Below are positions 29,486-41,400 of a stretch of DNA of 64,000 bases, piece after piece. The translations under genes and the position numbers were made by a program. A model generated the notes under the pieces. It did no database searches. It saw nothing but the letters and a program-made list of their open reading frames with translations, and was not told the origin of the DNA. Source of the DNA: Selaginella moellendorffii (taxonomy: Eukaryota > Plantae > Lycopodiophyta); contig NW_003314342.1 of the NCBI RefSeq assembly GCF_000143415.4, positions 581,569-645,568 of the forward strand, read 5' to 3'. Each line of letters starts with the position of its first letter. The stretch's first letter is position 1.

Positions 29486-29621
29486 AGTCAATCCCGGCGA
29501 GCTCTTCCATTTTCTACTGGTATTCGGAACAGGAACCAGCCAGCAACCTGTGCGCTGTATCAGCCAACCAGGATAAGCAGCGTTTTATTTGCGAGTCAAG
29601 AAATATTGATTTGCGAGTCAA
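29486..29621 (-). promoter_or_regulatory. Three W-boxes (TTGACT) upstream of RLK2; two arise from a local duplication of atttgcgagtcaagaaat
   Basis: AGTCAA at 29486, 29594 and 29616; homologous sites at 33395 and 33503 upstream of RLK3. Confidence 0.5.
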
Positions 29622-29812
29622 GAAATACAGGTGAGTGCTTGGAGTTCTACTCAATCACGTTAATTGATTCGTCTTTCAGGTGGAAATCCGAGTAAGCGAG
29701 CAATGAACGTCACAGGGGCCTTTGCTGACGTACCGCAAAAATTAACAGTAGCAGCAGAGATGAGCGTAAAAAGGAGGAACAACTTAGCAGAAGAAGATGG
29801 ATGTAATCAGCG

Positions 29813-32800
29813 ATGTGGGGAAGCGTATCATGGACGATTGTGTCCATTTGGTTTCTTCGAATCACAGACGCGGCAAGTGTTTTGGAGACTACAAGCTTGA
29901 TTGCAGCAGCTTCAGTGCTGGGCATTGCTCCAGGGACATGGAACTTCTCCACGGATCCGTGTGTAGGGGGATGGACAGGTGTAGGCTGCTGCAGGAACAA
30001 CTCACGGGCTCTGTGCTGCGCATTCCCGCAAATCTATCCAGCGACACCACCGCTGACACCGTGCGAGCGGACAGCAGACGCTCAAGTCTCGACTTTGATC
30101 CTCCGGTCTGATCTCTTCGGCAACCAGCTCCTCAACGGAACACTTCCGGAAGCTCTGTGCAACCTTACGTCTCTGAGGATTCTGGACGTGGGCTTCCAGC
30201 GTCTGCGTGGACAAGTTCCAGGATGCATTGGCAGCAGATTGAGCAGCCTGCAAATCCTCCGTATGGGTGAGAACAGATTCAGTGGCAGCATTCCCGAAGA
30301 GCTAGGCGAATTGAGAAGTCTCCAGCAGCTTTTTTTGGATACAACAAATATCTCGGGTCCCATTCCTGCGTCTCTGGGAAGGCTGAGCAACCTCACCAGT
30401 CTCAGCCTCTGGAGCAATGCGCTTGAAGGTGATCTTCCCGAGGAGATCGGCCAGCTGAGTAACTTAGTCGCGCTCTCGCTTCAGGGAAACAGGCTTACTG
30501 GACGTATTCCTGACAGCTATGGCAACCTTGCCAACTTGCGAATCTTGAGGCTTTTCAACAATGAGCTCTCTGGAGGTATCAGCTCGTCGGTCTTCCAAGG
30601 CATGACTTCTCTCACGTATGTGAGCTTGAGACACAACAGGTTCAGCGGTCCTATCCCGGATTTTGGCGTCGGGTTCAGCTTGAGCACGGTTGACTTGGGA
30701 TTCAATGAATTCTCGGGGCCACTGCCGGGTTCTCTTGGAGGTCTTTCTTCCTTGACAAGCTTGTTCATCGATCACAACAGGCTCAATGGCAGTATTCCGG
30801 ACAGCTTTGGTTCTTTACCTGCGTTGGCCCAACTGGATATCTCACACAACATGCTCGGGGGGTCCTTACAGTCGCTAGGAGGGAACACTCAGCTCATGCA
30901 GTTGGATGTTTCCTTCAACTTTTTCAACATCTCTAGCGCTCCAGCATCCGTCCCGCAGCAGCCAAACCTCAACGCTTACTTCAACTGCGTCCCTTCCGGT
31001 TCTTCTGGCACTTGCTCCAGCTCGCCTCCCGGTGGAAGGCCTTTCTTCGCTGTCAATGCTGGTGGCAATGCTTTAAGCAGCACTACAGGCAGCAGGGTCC
31101 AGGTAGCATTCGATTCGGACGCAAATTCAAACAATCAGAGCGTGGGATTTTTCTATGGATCAGGACCAGGTTTATGGGCTTTAGAAGTTTCGGGCAGTGA
31201 AGGTGGTACACTTGCGTTCCAAGGCTTCATCAATATGACCGGTGCTGGGGGTACGGAGGAGGGGCTCTACCGAAGCATGCGTTGGTCTTCCTCTTACATC
31301 GGATATCACGGTTATTCTCTAAGACCAGGAAACTATACAGTGATGCTCTACTTTGCCGAGCTTGTGTTCACGGAGCCGGGATACAGGATCTTCGACGTTG
31401 TCCTCCAAGGAAGAGTTGTGTGGGAGAACCTGGACATTGCTAGAGAAGCTGGAGCTCAAGCAGCGTACGTGATGAGTCGTAACATCACCATCAACAACAG
31501 TGGCAGCGTTTCGGTCGAGCTGGTTTACAAGGGTCGAGATAGATTCTCATTAAATCTCGGTCCCTGGGCAGTGAGAAACCCCGGCCCGATTGTCTCGGCA
31601 ATCTCAGTCGTTTCAGTCGACTACAGGGGCGAGGGAGGGAACTCGACGTCTTTGAGCTCGGGCCAGATAGCCGGGATAGCACTTGGAAGTGGAGCAGCCT
31701 TGCTCATCCTCGTAGCGTTGCTAGTGTATATATGCAAAGGCAAGCGTGCTGGGGTAGCAGCTTCGACTACAACGAATGGTCCTACAAACCAGCAAGCCTC
31801 TCTCCTGGATGCTGGGGGCATTTTCACATACCAGGAGCTCCATGACGCTACAGGAGGCTTCAATGACAAGCTCGGAGAAGGAGGATTTGGAGCTGTGTAC
31901 AAGGGGACACTCCCAAACGGGACTGTTATCGCTGTGAAACAGCTCGTCAAGCACTCTCAACAGGTTGAGGAGGATTTCAAGCGAGAAATTTCCATCATCA
32001 GCAAAGTCCGCCACCGGAACTTGCTGGCAGTGATTGGCTACTCTCTTGAGTCGGACGTCCCGATGCTCGTCTGCGAGTTTATTCCCAATGGGAGCTTGGA
32101 TAAGTGGCTATTTCGTCGGCGTGAGAGTGCTTTGAGCTGGGAGGCTAGAAGAGCGATCGCGATCGGAGTTTCTTGTGGGCTTGCCTACTTGCATGACGAG
32201 TCCAACCTGAGGATCATACACTGCGATGTGAAGCCCGCCAACATCCTTCTCGACGAGGATTTCAATCCCCGGCTCGCAGACTTTGGGCTGGCAAGGTTGT
32301 ACGACGAGAGGGAGTCTCATGTCACGGCGACGAGATTGAAAGGCACGGCAGGCTATCTAGCACCAGGTAAGCTTGAGTTTCTCTTCTCTTTGGATTGTGC
32401 TTGATTTTTCTCTTTTGATGTTCTCGTAGAATACGCCATGCAACTCCAGCTCTCGGACAAAGTTGACGTATACAGCTTTGGGGTGGTGTTGCTGGAGCTC
32501 TTGAGCGGGAGGCGTGCAGTGGAGCTCTCGGCTCCCTCGGAACAGATCGTTCTTGTGGACTGGGCTCACAAGGAGGCCGAGATCCCAGCGAACTTGCTGG
32601 ACATCGTGGACAGGAAGCTACAGGGGGGCTTTGTGGAGCAGGAGGCCAGGGACATGGCCAGCATCGCCATCCTTTGCACGCAACGCTCGCCGGCGCTGCG
32701 TCCAAAGATGCAGGCAGTGTGGCTCATGCTCACGGGCGCGGTCAAGGTTCCAGAGTTCTTGGAGAACTTGACGGCAGTCATCCCTTCTTCTTCCGGAGGA

Positions 32801-32929
32801 TCGACGAGCCAGACCTTGAGTTCTGGGAACTTGTCGGAGACGTCAATCGCGGCATTTAGATCTTTGCGAGTCTTTGGGAGGGTTGCGAGTCCGGAGAGCT
32901 TTTCTTCCTCGAAGGCCGTGACACAGTAG
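29813..32929 (+). CDS. LRR-malectin receptor-like kinase 2 (non-RD); intron 32367-32429
   Basis: Same architecture; YTVMLYFAE, RIFDVVLQG, HCDVKPAN; splice restores YLAPEYA. Confidence 0.93.
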
Positions 32930-32987
32930 AGGCTACAAGCTAAAACTCCGTGCATGTTTCATGCAAGCTTTCAGTTGTGGCTAAGAG

Positions 32988-33060
32988 CACGATGGGGATT
33001 CCAGACATTCCAGCGATGCTGAAGATCTTCTCCTTAGCCCGCGATAGAAGTCCATGGATC
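32988..33060 (+). pseudogene. Relic of the RLK1 3' end carried in the RLK2/RLK3 duplication unit
   Basis: cgatggggattccagacattccagcgatgctg..cttagcccgcgatagaagt matches 28988-29125 with an internal deletion. Confidence 0.8.
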
Positions 33061-33723
33061 AAGCAGGAAGTGTTATTTCTCACGCCAGTTTCCATGGGAA
33101 GCGATTGATTGGATGGTACAATACTCGCTATCAGCTTGCGATCAGAAGAAGGTTCCAAGCATGAGCAAGCACAAGCTATCAACTCGTCTCTCCTTGCCGA
33201 AAATACGGTGTCAATGCAAAAGGTATGAACTCTTCCTGGCGTAGTTATTCCTGGGGACCATATCTGGTGGACTTCTTTGCAGGCGTTCGCTATGGACTCC
33301 GCCGACAGAAGTTGCTCGTCTCGGGATTTCGAAAGGGACAAGGATATCAATGAAAAGTTTCACTCGTTTTGCGCTCAGCAGCCGAGAACGTGGAAGTCAA
33401 GTCCGTCAGCCAGCCAGAGCTCTTCCAATTTCTACTGGCACTGAGGAAAGGGACCGGCCAACAACGTATAGGATAAGCAGCTCTTGTGGGGTCTGATTTG
33501 CGAGTCAAGAAACACACAGGTCAGTGAGTCCTATTCTATCACGTTAATTGATTGTGTCTTTCCAGTGTAATTCGAGGACGCCAGCGAAGACCGTCACGCG
33601 GGCCCTTGCTGATGTGTATGGAAGACAATGGCAGCGGACAAAAGTACCGTGTAAAGATTGAAGCAGAGATAAGCGCAAGATCGGGATCACCTTAGTAGCA
33701 GAAGAGATGTTCTGCCAACAGCG

Positions 33724-36700
33724 ATGTGGAGAAGCGTATCATGGCTTTCGACGATTCTGCCCATCTGGTTTCTTCGCATCACGGACGGGGCAAGTGTTTT
33801 GGAGACTACAAGCTTGATTGCAGCAGCTTCAGTGCTGGGCATTGCTCCAGGGACATGGAACTTCTCCACGGATCCGTGTGTAGGGGGATGGACAGGTGTA
33901 GGCTGCTGCAGAAACACCTCAGACGCTCTATGCTGCGCATTCCCGCAAATCTATCCGCCGACACCACCGCTGACACCGTGCGAGCGGACAGCAGACGCTC
34001 AAGTCTCGACTTTGATCCTCCGGTCTGATCTCTTTGGCAACCAGCTGCTCAATGGCACTCTTCCGGAAGCTCTGTGCAACCTTACGTCTCTGAGGATTTT
34101 GGACCTGGGCTTGCAGCGTCTGAGTGGTCAAATTCCAGGATGCATTGGCAGCAGATTGAGCGGCCTGCAAATCCTCAGGATTGGCGACAACAGATTCAAC
34201 GGGAGCATTCCGGAAGAGCTAGGCGAATTGAGAAGTCTCCAGCAGCTTTTTTTGGATACCACAAACATCTCGGGTCCCATTCCTGCGTCTCTGGGAAGGC
34301 TGGGCAACCTCACGAATCTCAACCTCCGGAGCAATGCGCTCGAGGGTGATCTTCCCGAAGAGATAGGCCAGCTGAGCAACTTAATCGAGCTCTCGCTTCA
34401 GGTAAACAGGCTTACTGGAAGTATTCCTGATAGCTATGGCAACCTTACCAACTTGCAAACCTTCAGGCTTTTCAACAATGAGCTCTCTGGAGGTGTCAGC
34501 TCGTCAGTCTTGCAAGGCATGGCTTCTCTCACGGATTTGAGCTTGAGGCACAACAGGTTTAGCGGTCCTGTCCCGGACTTTGGCCTCGACTCGAGGTTGA
34601 GCACGGTCGACTTGGGATTCAATGAATTCTCGGGGCCACTGCCGGGTTCTCTTGGAGGTCTTTCTTCCTTGACAAGCTTGTTCATCGGTCACAACAGGCT
34701 CAATGGCAGCATTCCGGACAACTTTGGTTCTTTTCCTGCGTTGACTCAACTGGATATCTCACACAACATGCTCACCGGGTCCTTACAGTCTCTAGGAGGG
34801 AACACTCAGCTCACACAGTTAGATGTTTCCTTCAATTTTTTCAACATCTCTAGCGCTCCAGCATCCGTCCCGCCGCAGCCAAATCTCGGCTCGAACGCTT
34901 ACTTCAACTGCGTCCCTTCTGGTTCGTCTGGGACTTGCTCCAGCTCGCCTCCTGGTGGAAGGCTTTTCTTCGCTGTCAATGCTGGTGGCAATGGTTTAAG
35001 CAGCACTACAGGCAGCACGGTCCAGGTAGCATTCGATTCGGACGCAAATCCAAACATGGGATTTTTCTATGGATCGGGACCAGGTTTATGGGCTTTAGAG
35101 GTTTCCGGAAGTGAAGGTGGTACACTTCCGTTCCAAGGCTTCATCAATATGACCGGTGCTGGGAATACAGAGCAGGAGCTCTACCGAAGCATGCGTTGGT
35201 CTTCCTCGTACATCGCATATCACGGGTATTCTCTAAGACCAGGGAACTATACAGTGATGCTCTACTTTGCCGAGCTCGTGTTCACGGAGCCGGGATACAG
35301 GATCTTCGACGTTGTCCTCCAAGGAAGAGTTGTGTTGGAGAACCTGGACATTGCGAGAGAAGCTGGAGCTCGAGCAGCGTACGTGATGAGTCGTAACATC
35401 ACCATCAACAACAGTGGCAGTGTTTCGGTCGAGCTGGTTTACAGGGGTCGGGACAGGTACTTGGATATTGGTCCATGGACGTTGAGAAACTCCGGCCCGA
35501 TTGTCTCGGCAATCTCAGTCGTTTCGGTCGACTACAGGGGCGAGGTAGGAAACTCAACGTCTTTGAGCTCGGGCCAGATAGCGGGTATAGCACTTGGAAG
35601 TGGAGTAGCCTTACTCGTCCTCATAGGGTTCCTTGTGTATATATCCCGTAGAGGCAAAGGCAAGCGGGCTGGCAGAGCAGCTTCGACTACATCAAGGCGT
35701 TCTACAGACCAGCAAGCCTCTTTCCTGGATGCTGGCATTTTTACGTACCAGGAGCTCCATGATGCTACTCAAGGTTTCAGTGACAAGCTCGGGGAAGGAG
35801 GATTTGGAGCTGTGTACAAGGGGACACTCCCAAGCGGGACTGTTATCGCTGTGAAGCAGCTCGTCAAGCACACTCAACAGATTGAGGATGATTTCAAGCG
35901 AGAGATTTCCATCATCAGCAAAGTCCGTCACCGGAACTTGCTGGCAGTGATTGGCTACTCTCTTGAGTCGGACGTCCCGATGCTCGTCTGCGAGTTTATT
36001 CCCAATGGGAGCTTGGATAAGTGGCTGTTTCGTCGGCGTGAGAATGCTCTGAGCTGGGAGGCTAGAAGAGCAATCGCGATTGGAGTTGCTTGTGGGCTTG
36101 CCTACTTGCACGACGAGTCCAAGCCGAGTATCATACACTTGGACGTGAAGCCCGGCAACATCCTTCTCGACGAGGATTTCAATCCCCGGCTCGCAGACTT
36201 TGGGCTGGCAAGGCTGTACGACGAGAAGGAGTCTCATGTTACGGCAACGAGATTGAAAGGCACGGCCGGATATCTAGCACCAGGTAAGCTTGAGTTTCTC
36301 TTCTCTTCGGATTGTGCTTGATATTTCTGTTTTGATCTTCTTGTAGAATACGCCATGCACCTCCAGCTCTCGGACAAAGTTGACGTATACAGCTTTGGAG
36401 TGGTGTTGCTGGAGCTCTTGAGCGGGAGGCGTGCAGTGGAGCTCTCGGCTCCCTCGGAACAGATCGTTCTTGTGGACTGGGCTCACAAGGAGGCCGAGAT
36501 CCCAGATAACTTGCTGGACATCGTGGACAGGAAGCTACATGGGGACTTTGTGGCGGAGGAAGCCAGGGACATGGCCAGCATCGCCATCCTTTGCACGCAA
36601 CGCTCGGCGGCGCTGCGTCCAAAGATGCAGGCTGTGTGGCTTATGCTCACGGGAGCGGTCAAGGTTCCAGAGTTCTTGGAGAACTTGTCGGCGGTCCTTC

Positions 36701-36849
36701 CTTCTTCTTCCGGAGGATCGACGAGCCAGAGCGTGAGCTCTGGGAACTTGGCGGAGTCCTCAATCAGCGCGGCATTTCGATCTTTGCGAGTCTTTGGGAG
36801 GGTTGTGAGCCCGGACAATTTTTCTTCCTCGAAGGCCGTGACACAGTAG
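33724..36849 (+). CDS. LRR-malectin receptor-like kinase 3 (non-RD, HLD), recent paralog of RLK2; intron 36284-36346
   Basis: Collinear and highly similar to RLK2; catalytic loop HLDVKPGN. Confidence 0.93.
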
Positions 36850-36916
36850 AGGTTACAAGCTAAAGCTCCGTGCGTAAGCTCTTTCCTTTTTTTTTTCTTG
36901 GCTCTTTTTCGGTCTC

Positions 36917-38075
36917 TCATTTCTCGATTCCTCCAGCGATCACGGACAGCAGATTGTTGCCGAAAGGATCACTGAGATGAGTCGTCAAGTTCTCCACGGG
37001 ACCCTCGCCAGTCGCGTAAGCTTGGATGAAAAATCCCAGCATTGCAAACATTGCCAATCTCCCGTTTTTAATCTCCTTTACTTTGAGTAGAGCGAAGTTG
37101 TCTGGGTCCTTTGCGAGGCCCAAAGGATCGAATGGACCTCCCGGGTGGAGCCTGTCCAATCCCTGCCAGGTTCTCCCAAGTTGTTTCAAAATCTTTCTAA
37201 AGAACTTTGGTTTCTTACCAGGTTGTTTATCGATCTGTAGTACTCAGCTCCTCCAACAAGGATCACCTCGGCAAGAACAGCCAGGACGAGGTTGATTGGA
37301 ATGTTTGCTCCGAAGTAATTCAGCGTGCCACCGTCGAGAAGCAGTGCTCCAGTCTAGAGGATAAAAGCAAAGATCTAAAAGCTCTCGAGAAAGTTTGCTA
37401 GAACAAACCTTGAACCACACTGCCTCGGGGCCACACTGTGCTCCAAACTTGTTGAAAGCCTCGGGAATAACAAATCCAGCAGCGCCGAGCATCGCCCATC
37501 GAGCGTGAATGAGTTCGTAGGCTTGATATCTAGAAGAAAAAAGATCAATCGAAAAGAAGGAACGATTTGCATGGATGTTTCTTACTTGTCGAAGTCCGCT
37601 GGCTTCTTGCTCAGTCCAAATGGATCAAAGCCATAGCTGCGAGAAGAAAGAGCTACGTTTGGATCCCAAGCCTTTCGTGGAAAGCAAAGAAGAACTTACT
37701 CTCCAGGAACTTCTCCTGTCAAGTACTCTGGCACGTCCGATCGATCGAGAATTCCCTCGGGGAGATAGATCCTTCTCGACTCCCCTGGAAAATCCAATCC
37801 CAAAGATTTAAATCTCCCAAGAATTGCGATGGACTTGGGCAATGGAGAGAAGAGATTTCCAGCAATGTAGATGCTAGGGCTCTTGGAAGGAACTCACCAT
37901 ACCACTTCGCGAGCTCATCGTTGGCTGGAGCTGGCGCTTTGGCCTTGGGCTTGGCGGCCTTCTTCTTCTTTAGCAGTGCCTGGACTGTGGATGATCTACT
38001 GCTCCTTCCGGCGACTGGCAAGGCGCCCGCTACCACTGCTCGTCCCAGAATCTCGGGCCTCGCCAAAGCCGCCAT
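36917..38075 (-). CDS. LHCB5: Chlorophyll a/b-binding protein CP26, multi-exon
   Basis: Transit peptide, [74 protein letters not shown]. Confidence 0.95.
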
Positions 38076-38482
38076 TGCCAGCTCAAGAAATCAAAGCTTT
38101 GTTTCTCCCCTCTACTACGTCTCTCTCCACAACCCGCGATCTCCACACTCGTATCCCCAATCCGACGGCCCAGATGCGCCGCATCCAACGGCTGGTAGAT
38201 TTTGAGTTTGTGTGGCGGGAATAATTCGTGGAGATTGCAGGCTATCCAAAACCAGCCAATGGGAGGCCAGCACTAGATTATTGGATGAATCATTTTTTTC
38301 TAACACAAATTCAAGGATAGAAAAATTTTCGATCGATCGTTTTTTCTTCCATTTCACTGTCAAGCTTTTCGAACCGATCGATGTTTAGAGCCTGCAAAGC
38401 TCCAAAATATCATGGAGAAGACAAAATAGGAGCTACTCAAAATTGTGAGCTTCCGCCAAAACTTTCGTGCTAAATTCGACGC

Positions 38483-41400
38483 TTACGCTAGGAAGATAAA
38501 CTCTCGCTGACGGAGAGGTGGAAGTGCTTGCCTCGAATCACATCGTATTCCTGCCCGTCGAATCGGACTTGGAGCTGCAGTAACCAGTGACTGATAAGTT
38601 CGCATGGTTTGGAAATCTATTACCTTGCTTTTATTGGCTTGAAGCTCTGCCTTGAGACGAGTCATGTCCCTGGACAACAGCACAGCTTTTACGTTCTCGA
38701 CGAGCTCAGGATTGTCTGCAAAGAAAAGAAATGAGAAGCCCTATAAGCGTGCATCAGTTACCGGAACAAAGTTTCATCAGAGCGGTGTCATCGAATGCCA
38801 ATCTTGTAGTGCAAATGACAAGCTTGAAATCGACATCAGATACACCAGAAAATTCTTCCTCGGCTATGACAACCTGCTTAGAACTCGTTAGCTTATGTTC
38901 AAGTAAGCACCACAAGAATTTGCTTACTGGTTTCGACGGCAGTTGCTCAAAGAATAGCAGAGGAAAGCCCAGTGACTCCTGAATGTAGGAGGCCTGCAAT
39001 ACCGATTTGTTCCCGCAATTGACTTCAAGAATGTGGTAAGAATGAAGCAACAAACCTGAGATTTAACCACTCCACTTAGTGCCGAATCGGCTGCCATCTT
39101 GATAAAAACTTCCACCGCATCAGTCGGCTCCAGTTTTGCTTTCTTTCGCAATTTTTGGATGCGGTTCACAACCTTGCGAAAACATACAATTAAGATATAG
39201 AATTTTATGAAAGCGTGCAATTATTATACCTCTCGAGCAATTCCCTCCTCGTTGAGGGTATCATCACCACGGAGATCCAGAATGACGACAACATCGCCTG
39301 CAGTAAAAGGAAGATCAGAGACAAGCACCAGCCTACTGGAATACGTACCATCTCCACCAGCATCGATATCCTCCTTAGCAATACCATCAGGAAATTTGAA
39401 GTCCCTGACTATCTGCACCGCAGAAACGATAGCTCTAGTAGGCAACGATGCTTCAGATCAACTTTACCTTCAAATCTCCAGTCACAAGAGTCTGACCGGC
39501 CAATACAGCTTCTCCGCGCTTTTCAAATTCGAGAATGTCATCCTGGCTCAAATCTTTTACTGCCGCCGTGATTTCGCCCATGGCTTTTCCAACCCTTTTG
39601 CCAAGAGCACTACAAGAGCGTACACGGCTTCAAGCATCCAGTTCAAACGAATCAACAACAAACCTGAAATTTGGAATTGCTCGCAAGCACGCATACTTGA
39701 AAGGATCATCGCAAGGCTCAAGCTCCTTCACGTTCATTTCCTCGCGCACATACTGCAAGATAAGTTTTAGCATCTAGCACAGAAAGAAATACACCACGTA
39801 CTTCACCCAGCTTCTCTGTCAAGTCCTCAAGGAACTCCCTATCCGGATGCACAATGATCATTTTCCTGGATTCCGGTGTCAGGCGTACAATGTTAAAGTG
39901 GTAGATTACCTGAGAGGGGCCTTCAGAGGTAGCTTGTGTTTCTCGCGTATATTGCGAGCAAGCTCAATAACTGTCATCATACGGGATACACTTTGTTCAA
40001 TGCGCTCATCAGTCTAAAGGATAAGCATAAGCATCATCCAAGTTAAAGTACCACAGATCTGACCTGGCCTTGAACTTGCGGAAAATCACAGTAGTGAATG
40101 CTCTCGCTGGAAACTTCAAGAACTCTTTTCAGATTTTGGTACAAGACTTCAGTAAAAAAAGGAGTAAATGGAGCCATAGCTCTGCATGTTGTCAAAAGAA
40201 CCTGGACAGCTCGAAGTCATTGACCCGATACAACATAGAGAAAAGAGCACTTACACTGTACAGCGTTGACAATGCGACACGACAGTCATGGTCTCCAGTA
40301 CGTCCTTTCAACCTCTTGCGATTAAAACGAACGTAAATGTTTGTAAGATTATCAATAAACTTGAGCAGATAAGGAACCACCTGTTTACAAATAAGAAAAT
40401 ATTAAGTTAACTCCATATATATAAAAATTTACTTACGGTGTATAGTCGATAGGCTCCCATCTCCTCCCTGACGAATTTCACAAGACTTTGAGTAGAAGAA
40501 TTTATCCACCGATCCAGCACATTTGTCGATCCATCCAGTTTACTTTCATCAAGTGGAATAAAAGCATCAAAACCCTCCACTTGCAGTCTTAAGGCGTTTT
40601 GAACAAGGAAACGATATGCGTTGTACCAAGGAAGGAAAACATCTCTCACCTGAAAAATACACGTTTGTTCTTGATGATAGAATCGAAACGATTATCTTAC
40701 CACAGCATGCACCCCCTCCTTTCGGAATTTAAGAGGCTCTGCACGAACTACCGGCGAGTTTATGAGATACAATCGAAGAGCATCCTGAAACATTACGACT
40801 GATAAACCCACACGTACGTTGAAGTAACACTTACTGCTCCATAGTCGTGTACAACGTCCATGGGAGGTGGATAGTTTTTCAACTTTTTACTCATCTTCTT
40901 TCCGTCTTCAGCAAGAACAAGGCCATTGCAAATTAGATTTCTGAAGGCAGGCTTGTCAAACAAAGCAGTCGACAAGACCATTAAGGTGTAAAACCTGCAA
41001 AAAGAAGCAATAATAAGAGATCGGAAGCATATTGTGTATCGACTTGTACCATCCACGAGTTTGATCAAGGCCTTCAGCGACAAAATGACCAGGAAAGTTC
41101 TTATCGAAAAGCTCGCGATTTTCGAAAGGATAATGAATATAAGCGTAAGGCATTGAGCCACTTTCAAACCAGCAGTCAAAAACCTATAAAAGAAGAAAGA
41201 AAATAAAACATTACACAACAGATGGAACTACTCACATCGTCAACTCGGTGCAAAACACCACGGCCAGTTTTAGAAGGAATCGTTATATCATCAATAAAAT
41301 GCCGATGAATATCAGTTGCCTGCTTTGAGAAAAATAAAGCAGAGTAAAAGAAAGATGAAACGGGTATACCTTATGACCGGATAGTTCCTCCAATTCCTTT

